Of a stretch of DNA of 49,229 nt, positions 36,903-46,300 are shown one piece after another. The stretch covers positions 1 to 49,229 of the forward strand of contig JAAZKR010000074.1 in NCBI GenBank assembly GCA_012799725.1, written 5' to 3'. The position numbers were made by a program, and so were the translations under genes. How positions within the stretch are numbered: the stretch's first letter is position 1; each line of letters starts with the position of its first letter. The stretch comes from Oligosphaeraceae bacterium. GTDB taxonomy: Bacteria; Verrucomicrobiota; Lentisphaeria; Oligosphaerales; Oligosphaeraceae. Under the pieces are notes generated by a model. That model searched no databases and was not told the origin of the DNA. It saw only the letters and a program-made list of their open reading frames with translations.

Positions 36903-39422
36903 GTGCGTTTTTATCTTGACAGCAATGATTGGGAAGCCGATTACTTTGTTTCCCATGAAGATTATGTGCGCTGGCGCAATAACGGACGGCGCATACAGAA
37001 TATGTATCTCGACAGCGCACTAACTTCCGGATTTCTTGACGAAAATAACCTTGCACGCGCATCATTCCGTGGAACTGTGCCAGGGTGCGACCGTTCGATG
37101 CTATTGGAAAACGGAGTGATTGCGGAACCGTTTTATGATCGCAACATGGATCACAGCCGATGGTCTGAAAATTTCAGCTGGGGGTTTCGCAGACGCTTTT
37201 CCATTCCAGCGGAAATGCGTGGCAAACAAAGATTCCAAATACATTTTTGCGGTATCGATTACCAAGCTAATTTCTTTCTCAACGGGGTTTACCTCGGACA
37301 ACATACAGGGATGTTCATCCCGTTCGAAGCTGATGTAACCGACAGTATCCGTAACGAGGATAACCTTCTAGTCGTTATCTTCGATCCGGTACCGAAAGCT
37401 TCTCCAGACCATACGGACCCCTTTTCCCCAAAACCAGCGGAGTTTGCGGAATATCATCGCGCACAGATGAGTTACGGGTGGGACTGGATGCGTGGCATGG
37501 TTGCTGCCGGTATCTGGGATCACGTTTATCTTAATGCCAATGATGAAGTACGCGTTACGGACTTCTTTTTCCATACCGACCGGAGCGGAAAAGTCGAGTT
37601 GTCACTGGATACGATTGCCCAGAAAAAAGACAGCTATCAGCTGCAGATCGATGTAGCCCCTGTCGGTTTTGAGGCACAAAGCTATAGCTTCGAATTTATG
37701 ATTGAGCTGCAACCGGGCGATAATCAGAGCACTCTCAATTTCACTTGCCCTGAACCGGAATTATGGTACCCAAACGGCTATGGTGAACAACGGCTCTATC
37801 GGCTTACCTTGACGCTGGGTGGTGAAGTCACCACAAGGATGGTCGCATTTCGTACCTTGCAGATGTGTCGCAACCTCAATTCACCAGACAGGGCATACAA
37901 TCAGACGTTCACTTTCAATGATGTCCCTGTTTTTGCCCGTGGTGTCAACTGGGTGCCGGCAGACCTGATGCATTGCAGAAGCGGTGCCGCGGAGTACGAG
38001 CGTCTCGTTCGCTTGGCGGCGGAAGCGGGAATCAACCTCTTCCGCATCTGGGGCGGTGGCATCGTCGAAAAAGAAGAATTTTATGATACCTGCGACCGTT
38101 ATGGAATCATTGTATGGCAAGAATTTATGCATTCATGCAGCAGCTACCGCAAGGATGCGGAGTTTCTGGCCTTTAAAAAGCGCGAAGGCGAGGCGATTCT
38201 GCGCAAAACACGCAATCATGTTTCTGTTTCCTTGTTTTGTGGCGGAAATGAAGTGCAGTATTACGGAGAAATTCCGGACAGTCCACTTTTTATTCAGTAC
38301 CGTGAATTAGTGCATAAGCTGGCTCCGGACCGTCCGTTCCGCACGTCCTGCCCGGATCTTTCGGTACCCGGCGAACGCAATCATGGCCCTTGGCATTTTA
38401 TGGCACATGCAAAGATCAATCCCCATGATCGTCTGCTGGCCAGTGAGCTTGGATGCAATGGATTCCCTGAATTGGAAAGCATCAAACGCTTTATTCCAGA
38501 GCATGATCTCGATAATCCTGAAAGTCAGAGCTGGAAGTATCATTTTGCGATTCCCTGCCGCGATCAGGATTGGCGGGTGCCGCTGCAGTATTTTGAAGCG
38601 AATGATCCTTGGCGTCGCTCCCAGGCGTCGATGTTTGCCCAAAGCGACATTGTTGGATACTGGATGAATCATTGCCGCCGTAAATTCCCGCATACCAGCG
38701 GCTGTTTCATCTGGCAATACAATGAACCATGGCCAACGCTGGCGTTAAGTCTGGTTGACTATTATACACTGCCGAAGATAGCCTATTATCGCCTGATGCG
38801 AATCCAGAAAAGCAATGTCCTTTCGTTGCGAGATGAAAACTGGTGTTGCGAGAACGGGAAATTTGCTGCGGAACTTTTCCTGACCTCAGACTTGGGCGCC
38901 GAGCGTCTGACGGCTTCATTCCGCCTGCTGACGATGGACGGAACCTGTATCTTCAACAAAGAATACAGGGGAGATTTTGCATGCGGAACAGTCAAATTGG
39001 ATGATCTCGCTGTGGCTATTCCGCCAGATGTGCCGGGTGGGGTAGTGCTTGCCGAACTCAAGCTTGCACAAGATAAAAAGGAAATCTTTGAAGACACCAT
39101 CCTCTTTGGGGTGCCGGATTATAAGAAAGTTTTCGATGCCCCCAAGGCGGAAATTAAGGTAACCGCTGAACTTACCGATGAAACGGAGAAGCTGTTACGG
39201 GTAACGGTCGCCGCTGGCGACAACGCAGCAATAAACCTCCGTCTCAAAATTTTGAACTGCCCACACGAGCTGGTGTATTGGCGAAACAACTATCTGACCA
39301 TACCTGCCGGGGGTTGCCGCACAATCGAAGCGGCATTTTCCAGCCAGACCCCGATGATCCGTGAACTGGAAGTGTCCGCATGGAATACGGATACAAGAGT
39401 CATTCCGATAACCGGAAAATAA
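36903..39422 (+). CDS. GH2 glycoside hydrolase, beta-mannosidase-like (cytoplasmic)
   Basis: 839 aa from a GTG start 27 nt after the PMI stop, with no signal peptide. The GH2 beta-mannosidase-type blocks are IWGGGIVEKEEFYDTCDRYGIIVWQEFM, the acid/base candidate FCGGNEVQ and the nucleophile candidate LASELGCNG. Confidence 0.8.
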   Translation: MRFYLDSNDWEADYFVSHEDYVRWRNNGRRIQNMYLDSALTSGFLDENNLARASFRGTVPGCDRSMLLENGVIAEPFYDRNMDHSRWSENFSWGFRRRFSIPAEMRGKQRFQIHFCGIDYQANFFLNGVYLGQHTGMFIPFEADVTDSIRNEDNLLVVIFDPVPKASPDHTDPFSPKPAEFAEYHRAQMSYGWDWMRGMVAAGIWDHVYLNANDEVRVTDFFFHTDRSGKVELSLDTIAQKKDSYQLQIDVAPVGFEAQSYSFEFMIELQPGDNQSTLNFTCPEPELWYPNGYGEQRLYRLTLTLGGEVTTRMVAFRTLQMCRNLNSPDRAYNQTFTFNDVPVFARGVNWVPADLMHCRSGAAEYERLVRLAAEAGINLFRIWGGGIVEKEEFYDTCDRYGIIVWQEFMHSCSSYRKDAEFLAFKKREGEAILRKTRNHVSVSLFCGGNEVQYYGEIPDSPLFIQYRELVHKLAPDRPFRTSCPDLSVPGERNHGPWHFMAHAKINPHDRLLASELGCNGFPELESIKRFIPEHDLDNPESQSWKYHFAIPCRDQDWRVPLQYFEANDPWRRSQASMFAQSDIVGYWMNHCRRKFPHTSGCFIWQYNEPWPTLALSLVDYYTLPKIAYYRLMRIQKSNVLSLRDENWCCENGKFAAELFLTSDLGAERLTASFRLLTMDGTCIFNKEYRGDFACGTVKLDDLAVAIPPDVPGGVVLAELKLAQDKKEIFEDTILFGVPDYKKVFDAPKAEIKVTAELTDETEKLLRVTVAAGDNAAINLRLKILNCPHELVYWRNNYLTIPAGGCRTIEAAFSSQTPMIRELEVSAWNTDTRVIPITGK

Positions 39423-39441
39423 AAACAGGACAGGAGGAATA

Positions 39442-41946
39442 ATGTTGCCACGCAAAGTTTTTCTGAATGACGGTTGGACTTTCTCCGAAAGTGGAACATC
39501 TACTTTTCTGTCAATCGAGGTTCCCGGTGATATCAATGACGCATTGCACAAACATGGCAAGCTCCCGGACCCGCATGTCGGTATGCAATTTAGACAGTAT
39601 TATCCGAACAGCGCTAAAGGATGGCTCTTCAAAAAGGAATTTTCGCGCCCGGAATATAAGGAAAACGCAGAATTAGTCTTTGAAGGACTGACCGGCGCGG
39701 CCGAAATCCGTCTGAACGGAAAGGTGCTGGGGAATGCTCGCAACGCACATCGCCCACACCGATTTGAAGTTGCTGAGCTTCTGTTGAACCACAACAATTT
39801 ATTGGAAGTCGAATTTGAACCAATAGAAGTCAGTGTCGGTAAACCACGCCGAAACCCTTTCGGCTGGGGGAATGAGCGTACGATGTTGCGAACTCCGCCG
39901 TTCAACTTCGGGTGGGACTGGTCAGTAGCTGTTCCCAGCACTGGTATTTCAGGCGATGTTTATTTCGAATGCGACAATGCTTTGCGCTGGGTTAATATCA
40001 ATTATCGCACACCGGAACCAGGACGTGCCGATTTTTTCTTTGAAGTTTCGCGTGCCGTTCGTGATGCAGGGTATGAAGTACATTTGCATCTGACTGGACA
40101 CGGAGTGGATATCCACGAACGCATCAATGGTAACATGGACGTGCCACGCTGGGCAATCGAGGAAGGAACGATCTTTTCTCAACACCGCGTTTTTACCACA
40201 GTCCATGTGCCAAATGCCAAAGAATGGCTGCCAAATGGAACCGGAGAAGCAGCCCTCTATGACTGGAAAGCGGATATTGTTATCGACAAGAAAATTGTTG
40301 ACTCGAAAAGCGGCAAATTGGGCTTTCGGTATGTGAGAGTAGTGGAATATCCCTTTCGGAAAGAATCCGGACCAGGATTCTCTTATGAAATTGAGATCAA
40401 TGGGCATCGCATTTTCATTAAAGGAGCAAATTGGATACCAGTGACCCTGTGGCCAGCGACAGCAACCGAGGGGCAATACCGTCGCTTGCTGGAACTTGCA
40501 CGCGATGCTGGATTCAATATGCTGCGAGTCTGGGGAGGGGGTATTTATGAACGCGACCTCTTCTATGACCTTTGCGATGAATACGGGATCATGGTCTGGC
40601 AGGATTTCATGTTTGCCAGCAACGCATATCCTGTGGGAATTCTGCGTGAAGAGATCAAGCTGGAAGCCGAATACCAGCTCAAACGCCTGCGCCTGCATCC
40701 CTGTATCGTACATTGGTGCGGAATCAATGAGGATGTCTTTTCCTGGGCATACCCGGGATGTGGGCGTCTGGAAGGTGTGGTGCAGGCTGATATCGGCGAC
40801 TATAGCGGAACAGGAATATGGCAATTCCACGATGACCCTGAAATCTACAGCATGATCCTGCGCGGTCTGACCGGTTTGTGGGCAAACGGGGTGCCGTACA
40901 TTGAGTCCAGCCCGGCATCGCACGGCGACTGCGGCAACCTTCCGCAATCTGGAAATTGCCACTTTAATTGTTTGGGTCAAGTGATGAATTATCCTGATAA
41001 ATTCCGTGAACATTTCACGCAGATTTGTTCGTTCAACACAGAATTCGGCATTCAAGGACCTGACAGCGCTTTCGAGACCCGCCGCTTTCTTGGTGAGGAG
41101 AATTGCAAAGAATGGCCCCCGTCAAACGAAGAAGTATGGGTAGCACACTTGCAACGCGGAAATCGTGGTCCACTTTGGAAAATGCAGCTGGATGTCGCTG
41201 AAAAGCTGATTGGTCCAGTCGATTCATTCGAGACCTTTATTCGCAACGGACAGGTCGCCCATATTGAACTGATGCGCTGTGAATACGAATACTATCGTGC
41301 CAACCGCCCTGATTGCGGCGGAACAATGGTATGGATGTTCAATGATTGCTGGCCGACCGGAAACTGGTCAATCATTAACTATTACGGACGCCCAAAACCG
41401 GCATATTACGCAGCCAAACGCGCATGCGTGCCCTGCTTGCCGATCGTAGTATCGAGAGCGGGCAAGGTCGAGTTTGTTTTCGACAACCAGAGCCTCGATG
41501 ATTGTCAACTCCAGTATAAATATGGCTTGATGAAACTTGATGGTACCGTTATCTGGAGCAGAGAAGATTCAGCCAGCGCACCCGCCAATAAGCTGACAAG
41601 ATTGCATATAATACCGCTTGATGAGGAAGAACAGAGTTCACCCGGAGACCATTACTTCCTCAAAGTCAAAGGCTATGACATTGTTCGTTGTTTTTACCGG
41701 GGATGGCGGAACATCGTTTTTCCGGCAGCCAAACCAACCATGGAACAGGTCAGACCGGGTATTATCAAAGTATCAGCCGGAAACACCTATGTGCGAATGG
41801 CACACCTCGTTCCTAAAAACCCATTGCAAATAGTCGATTTTTCGGACAACTATTTTGACCTTGGACCAAACGAAGGCAGAGAGATTGAAGTCACTGCTGA
41901 CAGCAGTGAATTGAAACTTCTACATTGGATGAGTAATTGGGAATAA
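39442..41946 (+). CDS. GH2 beta-mannosidase-like glycoside hydrolase (cytoplasmic)
   Basis: 834 aa with an AGGAGG Shine-Dalgarno sequence at 39432-39437 and no signal peptide. The blocks are VWGGGIYERDLFYDLCDEYGIMVWQDFMFA, the acid/base candidate WCGINEDV and the nucleophile candidate FNTEFGIQG. Confidence 0.85.
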   Translation: MLPRKVFLNDGWTFSESGTSTFLSIEVPGDINDALHKHGKLPDPHVGMQFRQYYPNSAKGWLFKKEFSRPEYKENAELVFEGLTGAAEIRLNGKVLGNARNAHRPHRFEVAELLLNHNNLLEVEFEPIEVSVGKPRRNPFGWGNERTMLRTPPFNFGWDWSVAVPSTGISGDVYFECDNALRWVNINYRTPEPGRADFFFEVSRAVRDAGYEVHLHLTGHGVDIHERINGNMDVPRWAIEEGTIFSQHRVFTTVHVPNAKEWLPNGTGEAALYDWKADIVIDKKIVDSKSGKLGFRYVRVVEYPFRKESGPGFSYEIEINGHRIFIKGANWIPVTLWPATATEGQYRRLLELARDAGFNMLRVWGGGIYERDLFYDLCDEYGIMVWQDFMFASNAYPVGILREEIKLEAEYQLKRLRLHPCIVHWCGINEDVFSWAYPGCGRLEGVVQADIGDYSGTGIWQFHDDPEIYSMILRGLTGLWANGVPYIESSPASHGDCGNLPQSGNCHFNCLGQVMNYPDKFREHFTQICSFNTEFGIQGPDSAFETRRFLGEENCKEWPPSNEEVWVAHLQRGNRGPLWKMQLDVAEKLIGPVDSFETFIRNGQVAHIELMRCEYEYYRANRPDCGGTMVWMFNDCWPTGNWSIINYYGRPKPAYYAAKRACVPCLPIVVSRAGKVEFVFDNQSLDDCQLQYKYGLMKLDGTVIWSREDSASAPANKLTRLHIIPLDEEEQSSPGDHYFLKVKGYDIVRCFYRGWRNIVFPAAKPTMEQVRPGIIKVSAGNTYVRMAHLVPKNPLQIVDFSDNYFDLGPNEGREIEVTADSSELKLLHWMSNWE

Positions 41947-42097
41947 ACAAATGGAGGATTGTAGAAAAACATGCAACAACGAAAGATAACATCAAATTTC
42001 ATAATTCTCAGAATGTTCCAGCACGATCGATGATTACCCTTTGCCCCATGAAATATTCACAACAATTGATGAAAACATGATTGAAAGGAATTAGAAA

Positions 42098-42820
42098 ATG
42101 CGCAAACTCTTTACTTTAATTGAACTGCTCGTCGTCATCGCAATCATAGCCATACTTGCATCGCTTTTGCTACCAGCTTTGCAATCTGCCCGCGAACGTG
42201 CCCGGATGATATCTTGTGCCAGCAACCTAAAGCAGCTGGTGCTGGCTGAAACCTTGTATGCCGGCGATTTTAATGACTATAGAACGCCCATGCCGAAAAA
42301 CGACAGCTTTGTAATTGGACCACTGACTGAAACGGGTTCTTATAACATGGGAAAACTTTACGTTTTGGGCTATTGTTTCACGCCCAAATCTTTCTATTGC
42401 CCCAGTTTGAAGTTTAATGTAGTCAGCGGTACACGTACGGATCACACAGCTTGGTCTCTGGGAACTATTACCACAACCTATATCGGCTATTATTCGGCCT
42501 CATTTAAACAACATGCAGACTGGGATTATACAACGACGACTTTCAAACTATACGGGCCTTTTCCTAAGTTCGTCGACGGCAGCAACAAATCTGCCAAAAG
42601 TGCATCTGCCATGCCACTTATGCTTGACTTTCATAATAAGCAAGGTTGTGTAGTCGCTGTCCCACACCGTCTGAAGCTCAATGTTGGTTTCTGTGATGGC
42701 TCCGTTGATACCTTCAACGATATAAAACGTGAGATTTTCCTTCCTACAGGCGTGGGACATTATTCCAACTCTTACAAGGCTCCGGATGTCATCATGCAGA
42801 GCCGTGGTGCGGCCGAATAA
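42098..42820 (+). CDS. DUF1559-type pseudopilin-like protein
   Basis: 240 aa. The N-terminus is [46 protein letters not shown]. The H-X9-DG motif is [13 protein letters not shown]. Confidence 0.85.
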   Translation: MRKLFTLIELLVVIAIIAILASLLLPALQSARERARMISCASNLKQLVLAETLYAGDFNDYRTPMPKNDSFVIGPLTETGSYNMGKLYVLGYCFTPKSFYCPSLKFNVVSGTRTDHTAWSLGTITTTYIGYYSASFKQHADWDYTTTTFKLYGPFPKFVDGSNKSAKSASAMPLMLDFHNKQGCVVAVPHRLKLNVGFCDGSVDTFNDIKREIFLPTGVGHYSNSYKAPDVIMQSRGAAE

Positions 42821-42910
42821 AATAATCTTGGCGTAGTATGACCGTCCACAAACCATTTTTTGTCCACGGAAAGCACGGAAAACTTGGCGTGGGCTAATGC
42901 CAACAACCCA

Positions 42911-43016
42911 CACGGACGGGGCACGGACTTTACACGGACGGGGCACGGACTTTACACGGACTTTACACGGACGGGAAACGGACTTTACACGGACTTTACA
43001 CGGACTTTACACGGAC
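42911..43016 (+). repeat. CACGGAC-word tandem array (units CACGGACTTTA and CACGGACGGGG)
   Basis: cacggacggggcacggactttacacggacggggcacggactttacacggactttacacggacgggaaacggactttacacggactttacacggactttacacggac. It is preceded at 42866-42883 by cacggaaagcacggaaaac. It generates the spurious ORF TDFTRTGHGLYTDFTRT. Confidence 0.85.
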
Positions 43017-43080
43017 AGCTGATCGGTCGGATTGGTCGGATCGGCACGATGCTTTGCGCCGTAGGCGCTTAACTATGCTT

Positions 43081-43148
43081 AACCCCAGGCTTCAGCCTGG
43101 GGTGAGGAACCCACCCAAAGACAGTGCCTTGTAAAGGCACTACAATCA
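43081..43148 (+). repeat. Hairpin-containing dispersed element, copy 1 (possible small structured RNA or REP-like element)
   Basis: One hairpin is ccccaggc-ttca-gcctgggg (43083-43102). A second is agtgcct-tgtaa-aggcact (43123-43141). The 3' half, gacagtgccttgtaaaggcact, recurs at 47685-47706. Confidence 0.5.
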
Positions 43149-43317
43149 GATGGAGAAATGCTTATATGCCAATGACTTGGAGCTTTCTTCTCAGAAAAAT
43201 CTGTCCAAAAAAAGAAGATTTTGGGCGATAGTAGTGCAGGGAAATTTGTAGGTTTGTTGCTTTGCCGCATGGACCTTCTCTGGCAAAATCCTTTGACTAG
43301 GTGAAAAAAGGAGTTTT

Positions 43318-46300
43318 ATGATGCGATTTCAGTATTGCCTCGCAGCTGTTCTGTTGTGCTCAGAAATATTGCTTGGAGCTGCCGTGCTTTCCTCAAACAC
43401 AGGGAAATATATTTTTAACGAACAAAACGGCGCATTACAGTCGATAGAAGATGCCCGCAACGGCAGGAAAACTGTGTCGGTGCACAATTCCTATCTGGTA
43501 CAACGCAAATCCGGGGACCTTCAAGCGGATGAAAAGAACGATTCCGTAACGGGAAAAAGCACTGTCGGAAACTCCATCACCTATGTCTGTAACAATCCTG
43601 ATTTGCCGGATTTTGAAATCCGCAAACGATATTGGATTGCCGATGGTTTATTAAGACGAGAACTCACGCTCCTGAATCGGTCATCTGAAAAAGCCTATTT
43701 TTTCCCCTTTTCCGAAAGCATCTTTTCGCCTGAATTCAAAGAAAAAGCCTATTATTTCGGTGCCGGTTACCTTGGTCCTTTCAAACCTGCCGCCGTTGTT
43801 GACATTCCCACGCCTGTTAATGAATATGTGCAAACTTCCAAAGGCATGGTGCTGATCAATGCTAGTAACGAGCTTGGCAGTTATGCTCATTACCGTGTCA
43901 AGATCAATGATACGATTGTCTATCCATGGTGGCAAAGTGCGATTAGTAGATACCGGGAAAAAGAAGACAGACTCTATTATATGCCCAATGGTTGGAAAAT
44001 GTGCCTGGGCGGACTCGATATCGAGCCGAATGACGGATCAATCCGTCTGACCGACGCTTTCAGCTTTTTCCATGGCAGCCTGTATGATTTTTTTACCGGA
44101 GTGTATGGTTCGGATACCGAGATCACCAGCGAACTTGCGGCAATTCAGCCGGTTCCTGAAGTCATGGCCGATATCGTTGCTATGGTCACGCAGGGCTCCA
44201 ACGACTCAATGAGATATCTTGGCGAAATGCTTGATGAGGGAATATTTCTTTACAACACCGGCCTTATGGCTTCTTGGTTTGATTATCGCATGGATGGTAC
44301 AATGGTTGGCTGGCAGGGGGGAGAGATCACCGCAGACGACCTCGCGCATTTTTTCCGCAGTATCCGCGATATGATCCCTGGAAGAGTGATGACCAGCCAT
44401 TACACTGTCCCCATCGCCGCAACATTGCCTGCCCCTATATTCAAAGAACGTCCTGAATGGTTCCGTGTCTATGACCGCGAGGGCCGTGAGGACAGTCTTT
44501 TCCCAGGCATGAGTAAAAACTTTCAGGCGATGCTCAATAAACCGCAAGCCCGCAAATTCTTTATCGATGGGGTCATCAGTCAAGCGGAGAAACTCGGCAA
44601 CAAAGCTATATATGTCGATGAAGCGCAACAGTATAATGTTATCAATTGGCAAACCGGTGAAATGATGCGGGATGATCATACGGTGGAACTTTGGCGGGAA
44701 CTGAGAACACGCGCCAGGGAAAAAAATCTGATTTTCACAATGAACGGTTCTGGGCAGCCATTCGGTGATTTTAGCTATATGGAAAATTGGGTTCTGCTGT
44801 CGCCGCCAAAATGGCGCGAATATGCAGGAGTCGCCTTGGGGTTGGAATTGTTCAGTATGCTGCGTCCGGGAGCTAGGATCAGTCCACTTTATTGGCATAT
44901 TCTCCGGGAGAATGACTATACCAACCGTTTGCTGGCACTCGGCTGGATACCAACGCTTGGTTATGCGGCAGACAATTATCCGCTTGCTCCGGTGCGTGCT
45001 GCCTATGAGGCTGGGGATGCCAATCCTATCCCCCTTGCATTTACACCAAACTGGATGGAAGACCCCAGGACTGATATTGAATCCTATGCCATACAACGCA
45101 TCGGTGGCAAAGACACATTATTAAGTTTCATTAATCGGGGACCCAAACAGGATATTGCCATCCAGCTTGACCTTGCTACGCTGCCACACGATCACGATGC
45201 TCGGATCAATATCTGGCGAATGCCAGTTTGGCGTTTTGCTCAGGAAACTCCGGTTCATGAGTGTAAAACAGGGGATCGATTCTTCTTATCTAACCGGGAA
45301 TACCGGGATAATTACCAAAAATACGGTTGGCTGGGTGGCTTCGTCGGGGCGCCTCAACTGGTCTATAGTGGCAATGCACAAGGTACCTTCAAGGATACAG
45401 CGCGTATGATTGATGAGAACCACATGGTGCAATATATCATCACAGCAGGGCCGATGGCCATTTATACAGTCAACAACCTCGGAGCAAACTACTTCTTTAC
45501 GCATAACCGGAAAGTCTCGATCGACGGCAGGAAAATAATGAACGAGGCTGAAAAACTGGAAATTATGCTGGCCGACCTGGATTATGAGTTTACTGACATT
45601 ACCGTCAACGGCAAGGCGGACATCCCTGTCAAAACTATCGATATTGGCGGAGTGGCTATGCAATGCATTACGGTGGGTACAGGAGAAAACACCGTTTCGT
45701 ACCGCCCCATAGCACGGCGAAAAAATACTGACAAAGCGGCTTTACAGGCCAACTACAATCCTGCTAAAAATCAAATCGAGGTCAGCAACGCCGATCAGGG
45801 TGAACTCTATGCGTTGACTCTGCGTGGAGCCACGCTTTACTGTGGTACTGCACCAATACCTGTTCCGCCGCAACATGAGGGCGGTATCTATCAGATGCGA
45901 CGAATCGGAGATATCGAAACGGTAAATATCACCCTTCCAGATGGGGAGTTGACCGAAGTTGCCAAACTCTACAATACCGTCTTTCACCCTGAAAAAAGAC
46001 AAATCCGAACCGTTCATACCGAAAAGGACGGTGTTGTTGTCACCAAGGCAGCATCCTATGTCAGCTCTTGGGAAGACGCCTATGAACTTCAGCGTACCCA
46101 ACCTGTTTCGATTGTTGAGGCCGATGAAAAAAGCCTGTTCTTGCGTGCAAATACTACGCCACGGGAGCGAGTCAGTTATGTCAAGCATTACACACGCAAC
46201 TTCGCAGGATTTGAGATGAATGGCGCCAGACAGATTCGTATCCGGTTCCGCAGTAATTTCGGACAGGTACAGTCACTTTCAACGGGACATATCACTTATA

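Noticed and set aside
39949-41055. 368-aa antisense ORF inside the GH2 gene, and similar long shadow ORFs: 44206-45096, 33627-34556, 8277-8957, 24136-24783, 35913-36434, 12006-12506
   Set aside because: All lie entirely within, and antisense or out of frame to, genes with clear family motifs. Their products are low-complexity or Arg/Cys/His-rich with no recognisable domains. These are typical shadow ORFs in sequence of moderate GC content.
42911-43016. Possible CRISPR array suggested by regular short repeats
   Set aside because: The repeat period is only about 11-18 nt and the units are contiguous, with no unique spacers. There is no leader and no cas genes anywhere in the window. It is a simple tandem word repeat.
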